A stretch of 64,000 bases of DNA from an uncultured Bacteroidales bacterium (GCA_963813405.1 CAWEYU010000005.1:28122-92121), one strand, 5' to 3'; positions 28,855 through 38,409 are shown, counted from the stretch's first letter. The notes: generated by a model from the letters alone, not told the origin. Translations and numbers: made by a program.

Positions 28855-30063
28855 ATGCGATTCCTGTCTTTAATAATTATAGTGATCATGCTGATCTTTA
28901 ATAGGTTGCAGACTGATTCTCCACATGGCAGCAATTTTAAAATTAGCTGCAAGGTTTGTCATAGTTCAAAAGGCTGGCAACTCGATAAATCAATCTACTC
29001 CTTTGACCATAATAAAACCAGGTTACCTTTGACAGGTCAGCATACAATTTTGAACTGCAGAGAATGTCATCTTACTCTGGTATTTTCAGAAGCAAAAACA
29101 AATTGCATCGATTGTCATAAAGATATTCACCAGGCAACCGTAGGCCTCGAATGTTCAAGATGCCATACTCCCAATTCCTGGCTTGTCCAGAATATTAGTG
29201 ATATCCACCAGATTAGTCGTTTCCCTTTACTTGGAGCGCACAGAACCGCTGATTGTGAACAATGTCACAAATCGGAAAGCCTGCTTCGGTTTGATGTAAC
29301 CGGCATAAATTGCATAGATTGTCATCGCCAAACCTATCAGGGGACCACGAATCCAAATCATGTACAGGCTGGATTTTCACAGGATTGTGCATCATGCCAC
29401 TCAATTACTGCATTTCAGTGGGGAGGTGCGGGCTTTGACCATAGGATTTTTCCCCTGGAACAGGGGCATTCCGGTTTGAAATGTTCGGATTGCCACACTG
29501 CAGGCCCGTTTACTTCTACAAGTTCAGCGTGCTACTCCTGTCATCAACAGCAATTTACAGCAGCAAAAAACCCCGATCATATTACGGCCAATTTTTCGAC
29601 CAACTGTAAGGATTGTCATTCCCTGAGTCCAGGATGGAAGCCAGCCACATTTGACCATTCAACCTTTCCACTGACGCTTGGGCATGCAACGCCAAGTTGT
29701 GCAGATTGCCATAAGGGTAACTTTACAAACCTGTCTAAAGATTGCAATTCCTGTCACCAGACGGATTATAACAATTCTACAAACCCCAATCATAAAACAT
29801 TAGCTTTTTCCACAACATGTACGCAATGTCATACAACAAATCCGGGTTGGACTCCGGCAACCTACACACAGCATGATACTCAGTTCTTTCCAATCTATTC
29901 CGGAAGACACAGGGGAACATGGACCCTTTGTAAAGATTGTCATACAAACACCACCAATTACCTGCTGTTCGATTGTATCCATTGCCATACAAATGTCCAC
30001 CGGGGGAACAATTATACCAATGCACAATGTTATACTTGCCATCCCAGGGGGACAAACAATTAA
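28855..30063 (+). CDS. secreted multihaem cytochrome c, 16 CXXCH (short paralogue of the 28-haem protein)
   Basis: Signal peptide MRFLSLIIIVIMLIFNRLQ. The N-terminal 7-haem and C-terminal 3-haem regions match ORF 26704, but only two tri-haem modules lie between them. The 50-nt tract 28957-29006 is identical to 26806-26855. Confidence 0.9.
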   Translation: MRFLSLIIIVIMLIFNRLQTDSPHGSNFKISCKVCHSSKGWQLDKSIYSFDHNKTRLPLTGQHTILNCRECHLTLVFSEAKTNCIDCHKDIHQATVGLECSRCHTPNSWLVQNISDIHQISRFPLLGAHRTADCEQCHKSESLLRFDVTGINCIDCHRQTYQGTTNPNHVQAGFSQDCASCHSITAFQWGGAGFDHRIFPLEQGHSGLKCSDCHTAGPFTSTSSACYSCHQQQFTAAKNPDHITANFSTNCKDCHSLSPGWKPATFDHSTFPLTLGHATPSCADCHKGNFTNLSKDCNSCHQTDYNNSTNPNHKTLAFSTTCTQCHTTNPGWTPATYTQHDTQFFPIYSGRHRGTWTLCKDCHTNTTNYLLFDCIHCHTNVHRGNNYTNAQCYTCHPRGTNN

Positions 30064-30075
30064 AATGAATAAATT

Positions 30076-31683
30076 ATGAGGTTGTTGTTTTTTATATCAT
30101 TTCTAATTTTAATATGTACAGAAATAGAAGGGCAAACAGGTGTCGAAAATCTGCAGGGAGTGGTATCTTTTATAAGTTCCCAGAATATTTATGTGAAGTT
30201 TAAATCGACAAATGGAATTTCTTCAGGAGATACTTTATATATTTCAGCTGGTGGGAAGATGATCCCGGCACTAAAAGTTAACAACCTCTCTTCAATCTCT
30301 TGTATTTGCACACCTTTGGTTAGTACCAGTTTCAAAGTCTCGCAAGTAATAACAGCAAAAGCAAATTATAAATCAAAAAGTCCGGCAGAAAAGAGAGTTG
30401 TGACAGGTACCAAAGTAAATCCGCCTCAACCAATTTATTCTGATACTGCGAGAAAGAAGGTTGTCTCAAAAGAGTTTCAGCAAAAAATAAATGGCAGCCT
30501 GGCTGCATATTCCTATTCAAGCTTCTCCAATACTTCTGCACCAGGTTCAAATCAATTAAGGTACACATTCTCTCTCAATGCGCGGAATATCCTCGACTCA
30601 AAGTTCTCTGTAAATACATATGTTTCATTCAGACATAAATTAGGTGACTGGAGTGCAGTAAGGAACGATATTTTTAACGCACTTAAAGTTTATGACCTTT
30701 CGGTTTCTTATGATCCCAATAAGACAACACACTTAAGTGTGGGCAGAAAAATTAACTATAATATCTCAAGTATCGGGGCAATGGATGGGCTTCAGTTTGA
30801 AAAGTTCATTAACAGGTTCGGTTTTGGTGTAGTTGCGGGATTCAGACCATCATATGCCAATTATGGATTTGACAGCAGGCTTTTTCAGTATGGAGCCTAC
30901 CTGGCATTAAATTCAAAACCTGATGAAGTATTTCACCAGACATCTTTCGCAGTAATGGAGCAGATGTACAATTCCAAAACCGACAGGAGGTTTCTTTATT
31001 TTCAGCATACAAACATGCTGATAAAAAATGTATACTTTTTCGGTACTTTGGAAGCGGATCTGTATAAGGTTCAGAAAGACAAGCCCCAGAATACATTTGA
31101 TGTGACCAGTTTATACTTATCACTGCGGCTGAATATTACAAAAAACCTCTCAATAACGGGCTCATATGATGCAAGAAAGAACATAACATACTATGAGACA
31201 TATAAATCACTTCTCGACAGTGTTTTGATTAACCAGACCCGGCAGAGTATAAGGGTGCAGATAAATTACCGGATAAAAAACAATATAATGTTTGGAGTTC
31301 AATCTGATTACAGGTACTTGAAAACCGACCCTGCTCCAACAAGAAATGTCTATGGATACCTGACATACAGTAAGATTCCGGGGATAGGTGTATCAGTTAC
31401 TTTGTCAGGGACATATCTTGAATCAGGCTTTTTAAAGGGCCAGGTGCTGCAGGCCAGGCTTTCCCGCGACCTGTTCCAGGGAAAGTTTCAGGCGGAGGCA
31501 GGGTATCAATATGTTGATTACAGGCTTCCTGAGAGTCAATTAAGTACACTTCAGCATATTGGAGAATTTGGTATATACTGGCAATTTGCAAAGAAGATGT
31601 CATTTTCAGCAAATTATGAGGGCACTTTTGAGAGGAAAAACACTTATGACAGAATTTATTTGCAGCTCAGAAAGAGATTCTGA
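30076..31683 (+). CDS. predicted outer-membrane beta-barrel protein (porin-like partner of the cytochromes)
   Basis: Signal peptide. A soluble N-domain of about 100 aa. About 400 aa of alternating hydrophobic/polar strands rich in Y/G/S/N. C-terminal ...IYLQLRKRF ends in an aromatic residue. Starts 12 nt after the 16-haem gene. Confidence 0.6.
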   Translation: MRLLFFISFLILICTEIEGQTGVENLQGVVSFISSQNIYVKFKSTNGISSGDTLYISAGGKMIPALKVNNLSSISCICTPLVSTSFKVSQVITAKANYKSKSPAEKRVVTGTKVNPPQPIYSDTARKKVVSKEFQQKINGSLAAYSYSSFSNTSAPGSNQLRYTFSLNARNILDSKFSVNTYVSFRHKLGDWSAVRNDIFNALKVYDLSVSYDPNKTTHLSVGRKINYNISSIGAMDGLQFEKFINRFGFGVVAGFRPSYANYGFDSRLFQYGAYLALNSKPDEVFHQTSFAVMEQMYNSKTDRRFLYFQHTNMLIKNVYFFGTLEADLYKVQKDKPQNTFDVTSLYLSLRLNITKNLSITGSYDARKNITYYETYKSLLDSVLINQTRQSIRVQINYRIKNNIMFGVQSDYRYLKTDPAPTRNVYGYLTYSKIPGIGVSVTLSGTYLESGFLKGQVLQARLSRDLFQGKFQAEAGYQYVDYRLPESQLSTLQHIGEFGIYWQFAKKMSFSANYEGTFERKNTYDRIYLQLRKRF

Positions 31684-31686
31684 TAA

Positions 31687-32535
31687 TCAACCTGGTTCGA
31701 CATGTATTGTAACATTGAGATTCTCAAATTTTGTTGTGAGCTCCTTCTCGATCTGGTCGCAGTAGATATGAGCATTTTCGACCGAAAGATCTTTTGGCAT
31801 ATCAATATGAAGATCGATAAATCTGTAGTTGCCGGCTATTCGGGTCCTGAGCTCATGATAATTCACATGAAGCTCATTTAGTGTCTTTTCCAGATCATCA
31901 ATGTCATCATTTTCCCACGCTTCATCCAGAAGCGGAGTGAAAGCCCTTTTTAGCAGAATGTATGATTCCCGTATTATAAAAAGTGCGACCAGAATTGCTA
32001 TCACCGGATCGAGCCAGTTTATGCCAGTTAACATTATCAGACCCAGCCCGACTGCAACTCCGAGCGAAGTAAAGACATCTGTTTTAAGATGAAGCGCATC
32101 AGCTTCAAGGGCAACAGACTTTGTTTCCCGGGCAACTTTGTAAAGTCTTCGTGAAACAATAATGTTAACAATTGCTGATATCAGCATGACCACAGAGCCG
32201 ATTGCAATTGATTCGAGTTCAATTGCTTCACCCAGAAGTTTCTTTACTGCCTCAATAATGATCCAGATCGCAGCGACAAATATCAGAAGAGCCTCAATTA
32301 CTCCTGAAATATTTTCGACTTTACCATGCCCGTAAGGATGTCTTGAATCGGGAGGATTATCAGATACTTTAACTGAAAAAAAAGCGATCACAGCAGCCAT
32401 CAGGTCCATAGATGAGTGTATAGCCTCAGAAATAATGCTCACTGATCCGCTGATCATGCCCACAATGAGTTTCATTATAATCAGGCATGTATTAGAAAGA
32501 ATTGACAATCGGGCAATACTAACTTTTGCGTTCAT
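31687..32535 (-). CDS. cation diffusion facilitator (CDF) divalent-metal efflux transporter
   Basis: 282 aa with six TM segments. CDF signatures SGSVSIISEAIHSSMDLMA and HLKTDVFTSLGV. A cytoplasmic C-domain is present. Confidence 0.8.
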   Translation of the reverse strand: MNAKVSIARLSILSNTCLIIMKLIVGMISGSVSIISEAIHSSMDLMAAVIAFFSVKVSDNPPDSRHPYGHGKVENISGVIEALLIFVAAIWIIIEAVKKLLGEAIELESIAIGSVVMLISAIVNIIVSRRLYKVARETKSVALEADALHLKTDVFTSLGVAVGLGLIMLTGINWLDPVIAILVALFIIRESYILLKRAFTPLLDEAWENDDIDDLEKTLNELHVNYHELRTRIAGNYRFIDLHIDMPKDLSVENAHIYCDQIEKELTTKFENLNVTIHVEPG

Positions 32536-32610
32536 CAGGAATATGGATCTGATTAAAGTTCAAGTTTTCTAAGATAAAGTTAACTATATCCTGTAAGATA
32601 TCTATCATTC

Positions 32611-33729
32611 CTAGACCTCAATCAGATCATAATCCCGGGATCCCAGCCCTATCTTCTCGGCATGTTCAAGACCTGCCTGCCACATTGTATCGGGATGGGT
32701 AAGTGAAAACTTATCTGATCCTTTCATATCACCATGGTTGTGATTGTCACAGATCCGACTTCCGGGGAGGGTAGGGGCAGCCGTAACCATATCAGCAGAT
32801 GCCTGGTCAAGGGCGACGGGATCGAAAGAAGCAGCAATACCTATATCAGGAACAATAGGATAATCATTATATCCCCAGCAGTCGCAATCAGGAGAAACAT
32901 CCATAATAAAGTTAATATGAAAAGAGGGTTTATCTTTTAATGCCGCATACGCGTACTCTGAAATCCTTTTGCAAACAATTTCCGAGGAATTTTGCCAGAC
33001 AACTCTGGCAGAATCATATTGACATACGGCAATACATTGTCCGCAACCTGTACATTTTTCGTAATCGATGCGTGCAATCTTGTCTTTTCCAACATTTATA
33101 GCGTCATAATTGCAGTATTTTTCACAAACCCGGCAACCAGTACAATTATCTTCATGTATTTTCGGGGAGGATCCTGAATGGAGAAACAATTTTCCTCCAA
33201 CAGAAGCACATCCCATTCCGAGGTTTTTTAAAGCACCTCCAAATCCAGTCATCTCATGTCCTTTAAAATGATTCATAGAGATGATAACATCAGAGTCTGC
33301 AATAGCTGAACCTATTTTTGCACTTTTACAAAATTCCATGTTCAGTTCAACTTCCCTGTAATCGATACCTTTAACTCCATCTCCTATTATTACCGGGCAG
33401 CCGGTAGCAAGGGGATTATAGCCGTTCTCAAAAGCCGATTCAAGATGAGCTGGTGCATTTGACCGTCTTCCGTAATAAAGTGTATTACAGTCTGTTAAGA
33501 AAGATATTGCCCCTTTTGATTTGAGTAATTTAATAATTCGTGCAGCGTAGTTTGGCCGCAGGTAAGCGAGGTTTCCGGGCTCTCCAAAATGTATTTTTAC
33601 TGCAACAATCTTATGATCAAACTCGATTGTATCAACACCTGCTTTTTTTACAAGAATTTCAAGCTTTTTGAGCAGGTCCATTGAAGGTTTCGACCGTAAA
33701 TTTGTGAAATGGACTTTTGATTTTGCCAT
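32611..33729 (-). CDS. DUF362 domain protein with an inserted 2x[4Fe-4S] ferredoxin domain
   Basis: 372 aa. Contains CTGCRVCEKYC and CTGCGQCIAVC clusters. The DUF362-like N-terminal and C-terminal parts are assigned from memory. Confidence 0.6.
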   Translation of the reverse strand: MAKSKVHFTNLRSKPSMDLLKKLEILVKKAGVDTIEFDHKIVAVKIHFGEPGNLAYLRPNYAARIIKLLKSKGAISFLTDCNTLYYGRRSNAPAHLESAFENGYNPLATGCPVIIGDGVKGIDYREVELNMEFCKSAKIGSAIADSDVIISMNHFKGHEMTGFGGALKNLGMGCASVGGKLFLHSGSSPKIHEDNCTGCRVCEKYCNYDAINVGKDKIARIDYEKCTGCGQCIAVCQYDSARVVWQNSSEIVCKRISEYAYAALKDKPSFHINFIMDVSPDCDCWGYNDYPIVPDIGIAASFDPVALDQASADMVTAAPTLPGSRICDNHNHGDMKGSDKFSLTHPDTMWQAGLEHAEKIGLGSRDYDLIEV

Positions 33730-33743
33730 AAAAAGTAATATTT

Positions 33744-34724
33744 CTAAACTGATAATATTTCTGCAAGAGTAACAAGATCGCGGTTCACATCTTTGTGAAG
33801 CTTAACTGCTTTACGGAAAGGTACAAGAGTAATTTCACCGTTCATGATCCCCACCATAACGCTTTTCTGATCATCCAGTAACGCTTCGACAGCAGCATGT
33901 CCTAACCTGCTTGCATTAACCCTGTCAATCGCAGACGGAGAGCCTCCACGCTGCAGATGTCCCAGTACAGATACTCTTACATCGTAATCTTTAAAGTCAT
34001 CTTTTAGTTTTTCTGCAATTGCAAATGCACCACCCTCCTCGTCACCTTCGGCTACAATAATAATATTGCTTGATTTTTTTCTTTTATTGCCTGCTTCGAT
34101 CATTTTCTTGAGATCACGTGATTCCCCTCTTGTCTCGGGTATCAGAATAGCTTCAGCTCCCGTGGCTATACCACTGTAAAGAGCGATGAATCCTGCCTCC
34201 GCACCCATCACCTCAACAAAGAACATCCTGTTATGTGCACTTGCAGTATCTCTTATTTTATCAACAGCCTCAACGACTGTATTTAAAGCTGTGTCGTAAC
34301 CAATAGTATAATCAGTTCCGTAGATATCATTATCAATTGTACCAGGTACTCCGACAAACGGGATATCATATTCTTCATTAAATATCCTGGCCCCGGTAAA
34401 AGAACCGTCTCCACCTATTACCACCACACCATCTATCAGTAGCGTCCTTAAATTGTCAAAAGCTTTCTTTCTGCCCTCAGAACTTCTGAACTCTTCACAT
34501 CTTGCTGTTTTCAAAATAGTACCACCCCTCTGGATTATATCACTTACACTCGAGGAATTCAGCTCCTTAAAATCCGAGTCAATCATTCCCTGGTACCCAC
34601 GGAGAATACCCACCACTTCAATTTCATTATAGACTGCAGTTCTCACAACAGCCCGTATAGCTGCATTCATACCCGGGGCGTCACCTCCTGAGGTAAGAAC
34701 TCCGAGTTTTTTAATTTTTCCCAT
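33744..34724 (-). CDS. pfkA: ATP-dependent 6-phosphofructokinase
   Basis: 326 aa with LTSGGDAPGMNAAIR, GGDGSF, PGTIDND and MGAEAG motifs. Confidence 0.9.
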   Translation of the reverse strand: MGKIKKLGVLTSGGDAPGMNAAIRAVVRTAVYNEIEVVGILRGYQGMIDSDFKELNSSSVSDIIQRGGTILKTARCEEFRSSEGRKKAFDNLRTLLIDGVVVIGGDGSFTGARIFNEEYDIPFVGVPGTIDNDIYGTDYTIGYDTALNTVVEAVDKIRDTASAHNRMFFVEVMGAEAGFIALYSGIATGAEAILIPETRGESRDLKKMIEAGNKRKKSSNIIIVAEGDEEGGAFAIAEKLKDDFKDYDVRVSVLGHLQRGGSPSAIDRVNASRLGHAAVEALLDDQKSVMVGIMNGEITLVPFRKAVKLHKDVNRDLVTLAEILSV

Positions 34725-34750
34725 AATGATTTCCTATTTTATTCAGGCGG

Positions 34751-34758
34751 CAAAGTTA
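34751..34758 (-). promoter_or_regulatory. Bacteroidota -7 promoter motif (TAnnTTTG) for pfkA
   Basis: The minus strand reads TAACTTTG, 27 nt upstream of the pfkA ATG. It is a motif match only. Confidence 0.35.
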
Positions 34759-34801
34759 GTATAATTTTTATGCACGTCAACAATGAAAAACGCCGGAATG
34801 A

Positions 34802-35692
34802 TCAGATATTAAGAATAGTGTCTTTAATCTTGTCAATCAGCCATTTTGGCGTTGAGGTTGCTCCACATATTCCAACCGATCTCCTGTCTTTGAACCACTC
34901 CTTTTTTATCTCCTGTGGAGAGGAAACAAAAAAGGAATCTGGATTTTCATTCTTACAGACATTATAAAGCATTCTTCCATTTGAACTATCCCGGCCGCTG
35001 ACAAATACAATAACCTCATGCTTCTTTGCAAATAATTTTATTCTGGGCTCTCTGTCGGATACCTGGCCGCAGATAGTATTATACTTATGAAGATGCATCC
35101 TTGGATCTTGAATACCTTGTTCCTTCATCTTTAAGATAATCATTTCAGCCAGATCGTTATATTCTTTTAAGCTCATAGTTGTTTGTGAAAAAAGATGAAC
35201 ATCACTTGAAAACCTGATGCAATCGAGATCCTCCTTGCCATTCACTAATATGGCTTCATTTTCGGTTTGTCCCATTAATCCAACTACTTCGGCATGGCCG
35301 GCTTTTCCAAAAATTATCAACATGCCTTTTTCCTCTTTTGCCTTTTTCCATGCCACTTTGATCCTTGATTGTAATCTTTTTACTATAGGGCAGGTAGCCT
35401 CAATGATTACTATATTATTTCTTCTTGCAATCTCATATGTCTCCGGTGGCTCTCCATGTGCCCTTATCAGAACATTACAATTTTTAAGATTACTGAATTC
35501 TTCATGATTAACTGAAAGGAGACCCAGTGCCGAAAGCCGCTCAACTTCAATATCATTATGTACAATCGGGCCAAGAGAAAATACTTTTTCGCCTTTTGCA
35601 AGTGCTTCTTCAGCGATCTCAACTGCATTTTTTACACCGAAGCAAAAACCAGATTTTTCATCAACTTCAACTATCATTTTGCTTACTTTCAA
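34802..35692 (-). CDS. ispH: 4-hydroxy-3-methylbut-2-enyl diphosphate reductase
   Basis: 296 aa. GFCFGVKNAV, IVHN and ICGATSTPKW are typical LytB/IspH segments. Confidence 0.85.
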   Translation of the reverse strand: MKVSKMIVEVDEKSGFCFGVKNAVEIAEEALAKGEKVFSLGPIVHNDIEVERLSALGLLSVNHEEFSNLKNCNVLIRAHGEPPETYEIARRNNIVIIEATCPIVKRLQSRIKVAWKKAKEEKGMLIIFGKAGHAEVVGLMGQTENEAILVNGKEDLDCIRFSSDVHLFSQTTMSLKEYNDLAEMIILKMKEQGIQDPRMHLHKYNTICGQVSDREPRIKLFAKKHEVIVFVSGRDSSNGRMLYNVCKNENPDSFFVSSPQEIKKEWFKDRRSVGICGATSTPKWLIDKIKDTILNI

Positions 35693-36362
35693 TAATGTCC
35701 ATAACCCATTCCATCTGCTCCTGAACAGTCATTCTGCTGTTATCAAGTATAACTGCATCTTCGGCTCTTCGCAGAGGACTGATGTCCCTGTTTTCATCAG
35801 CAATATCCCTGGCAACAATATTTCGTTTAATTTCCTCAAAATCAATAACGTTTCCTTTTGCCTTTAGTTCATCAAACCTTCTCCTGGCTCTTATGTCAAG
35901 AGATGCTGTCATAAATATTTTAAGATCAGCCTCTGGAAATACTACCGTTCCAATATCCCTTCCATCCATCACAATCCCTTTATTTATTCCAATTTGTCTT
36001 TGTAATTCCACCATGCGTGATCTGACTTCCGTTATCTGGCTTATTTTGCTGACAAATGATGAAACTTCAAGGCCTCTGATCTCACTTTCGATGTTCTCAT
36101 CATTTAAAAAGGTCTCATATTGCATAATATCAGTATTAAAAACGTAACTGACATTAATATCATCAAGATTGTTCAGAACTCCATTAATATTAAAACCATC
36201 TTTCGTAATGAGACCTTTTCTCATGCAATAAAGTGTTACTGCCCTGTACATTGCGCCACTATCGATATAAATATACCTTAATTCCTTTGCTATTGCCTTT
36301 GCAAAAGTGCTTTTACCGCATGAAGAATACCCGTCAATGGCAATTATGAGTTTTGTATCCAT
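35667..36362 (-). CDS. cmk: cytidylate kinase
   Basis: 231 aa. P-loop IAIDGYSSCGKST. Also SGAMYRA and MDGRDIGTVVFPEA. Confidence 0.9.
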   Translation of the reverse strand: MDTKLIIAIDGYSSCGKSTFAKAIAKELRYIYIDSGAMYRAVTLYCMRKGLITKDGFNINGVLNNLDDINVSYVFNTDIMQYETFLNDENIESEIRGLEVSSFVSKISQITEVRSRMVELQRQIGINKGIVMDGRDIGTVVFPEADLKIFMTASLDIRARRRFDELKAKGNVIDFEEIKRNIVARDIADENRDISPLRRAEDAVILDNSRMTVQEQMEWVMDIIESKQNDS

Positions 36363-36367
36363 TATTT

Positions 36368-37411
36368 TTAAATATGGAATTTTCTATAAATCAGCTCTGG
36401 TCTCAGGATGATGGAAACATTATTTGAAGCACCTGCCAGGTGAAAAGTTGACCGTCCGAAACCAATGCTGAGGAAAGATGTGTTAATTCCGAAGCCCCAT
36501 GAAAATCCTACCGTTGAGATTTTGGAATCAATCTGAAGTTCACGCTTTCTCTGGTAATTATATCCGGCTGAAATATAAAAGTTCTTGTGAGGTATAAGTT
36601 CCGCCCCTACAATTATATGACGAAGTGTATTTTCAAAGAAACCGGATGCCGGAGTCTGACTCATTAAAGATACTCCTGAACTGGCAGCAGATTCATATTT
36701 ATGAGTAAGGTCATACTTTTCGAGATGTCGTAAGGTCAGAGAGAACCGGAATGGAGCATGGGCTAGTTTCTGCGAAACGCCTGCCTGGATCTCAAAAGGA
36801 AGCTTTTCACGTCCTTCTCCAGCATATGTGGTTATCTGAACACCTGCATTCTTTACAACGATTCCTGCTGAAAAAAGATTGTTTTTGCTATGATATGATG
36901 CGCCTATATCAAGTGCAAATCCTAATGAAGTGTACTTTTCAAGGTGGGAAAGTACAGGCTTTAAATTGACCCCAACTGAGATCAGGGAGTCAATATCCCT
37001 TGAATAGATAATTGAAAGCGCATATTCTGCAGCTGAAAAAGTGCCGGTTATAACACCTGATTCATCTGTCTCCTTGAATGATCCGTAATTCAGATAAGTC
37101 AGACCGGCAGCAAAATTGCCTTTCCCGGGGTATGATCTGGAATACATTGTCATGCCATAGTTTATTCCTGCAAAATAATTCACATAGTTGAGTGCCAGGC
37201 TTTTATCCATGTCTGAATTCAGCAGGGCAGGATTATGGTAAGCAAGATTCAGGTCGCCTGACCTAAGTGATACATTCATACCTCCCAGAGAAGAAACAAG
37301 ACTCGAATGAGTGAGATTTAGGAATTCGTAAACATTATCCCCACCTGTCTGTCCCGAAGCTATTGTTACAGTAAGACTAAACAGAATGATATATAAAGCC
37401 TTTTTAATCAT
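36368..37411 (-). CDS. porQ: type IX secretion system outer-membrane protein PorQ-like
   Basis: 347-aa signal-peptide beta-barrel protein. N-terminal GGDNVYEFLNLTHSSLVSSLGG motif. It sits immediately beside cmk-ispH, a synteny I recall from Porphyromonas. Not searched. Confidence 0.55.
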   Translation of the reverse strand: MIKKALYIILFSLTVTIASGQTGGDNVYEFLNLTHSSLVSSLGGMNVSLRSGDLNLAYHNPALLNSDMDKSLALNYVNYFAGINYGMTMYSRSYPGKGNFAAGLTYLNYGSFKETDESGVITGTFSAAEYALSIIYSRDIDSLISVGVNLKPVLSHLEKYTSLGFALDIGASYHSKNNLFSAGIVVKNAGVQITTYAGEGREKLPFEIQAGVSQKLAHAPFRFSLTLRHLEKYDLTHKYESAASSGVSLMSQTPASGFFENTLRHIIVGAELIPHKNFYISAGYNYQRKRELQIDSKISTVGFSWGFGINTSFLSIGFGRSTFHLAGASNNVSIILRPELIYRKFHI

Positions 37412-37488
37412 TGGAATTGCACCCGCAAATATAGTATGAATTTAATAAAACGGCAGGAAGAGTATAGTAGTATTCACTTTTGTCTTCT

Positions 37489-38409
37489 TCAGGCTGTTTT
37501 CCCGGTAAGAACAAGTGCATCGTCAATGTTCTTATTTTTCGCATGTATTTGTGAGAGGAAGAGCCCAACAACTACAATTCCCATCCCGGAAATATTCTGT
37601 AAGGTGAGCTTTTCTCCCAAAAGAAGGAATGAAAAGAAAGCTGTAAAAATGGGAATACAGTTAGTAAATATATTAGCCCTTGTAATTCCTAAATTCCTTG
37701 CAGAAAAGGCATACAATATGAATGCCCCGCAAGACGCGAAAACGGATAATTCAATTATAGGTTTGAATGATTCAAAACTAAGAGGTGCATTAATAAAAGG
37801 TCTCAGATCGAAAATCAAAAACAAGGGAAGGAAAAACAGAACCCCCAGAACATTTTGAACATTAACAATATAAACCGGACTATAGCGACTCACAAGCCGG
37901 CTGAGAGTCAGGTTATATCCTACAGCAGAAAATACAGCAAAACTTAGAAATGCAAGTCCCTTAACGCTAAAAGATAAGGAACCATCTTTATTCAATATAA
38001 ATACGACGATCCCGATGAAGGAAAGAATTATTCCTGCATAATTAATAAACTTCAGCCTCTCTTTAAAAAATAGCCAGGCCCCAACAGTTGCTACAACCGG
38101 AATGGTTGATATAATAACAGAACCAACTGTAGCGGAGACATATGTAAGACCAAAACTTTCACCAAGGAAATACAAAAAAGGCTCGAACATTGCCAGCATG
38201 AAAAAAAACCTTCGATCTTCCTTCCGGATCTTCATAAATTTTCTTGTGAGCATAAGATATCCTGTCAGAAAGATAGCCGAGATTACCAGCCTGAGAAAAA
38301 TAATGGCTATTGGTCTGAAGTGCTCATTAGCGGCTTTGAACCAGATAAACGAAAATGACCAGAAGATCATTGAAAGTAAAACCGCTCCATATGTTCTGAA
38401 CTTAATCAC
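37489..38409 (-). CDS. DMT-superfamily (EamA) transporter
   Basis: 306 aa with 10 predicted TM helices arranged as two EamA-like halves. Confidence 0.75.
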   Translation of the reverse strand: MIKFRTYGAVLLSMIFWSFSFIWFKAANEHFRPIAIIFLRLVISAIFLTGYLMLTRKFMKIRKEDRRFFFMLAMFEPFLYFLGESFGLTYVSATVGSVIISTIPVVATVGAWLFFKERLKFINYAGIILSFIGIVVFILNKDGSLSFSVKGLAFLSFAVFSAVGYNLTLSRLVSRYSPVYIVNVQNVLGVLFFLPLFLIFDLRPFINAPLSFESFKPIIELSVFASCGAFILYAFSARNLGITRANIFTNCIPIFTAFFSFLLLGEKLTLQNISGMGIVVVGLFLSQIHAKNKNIDDALVLTGKTA

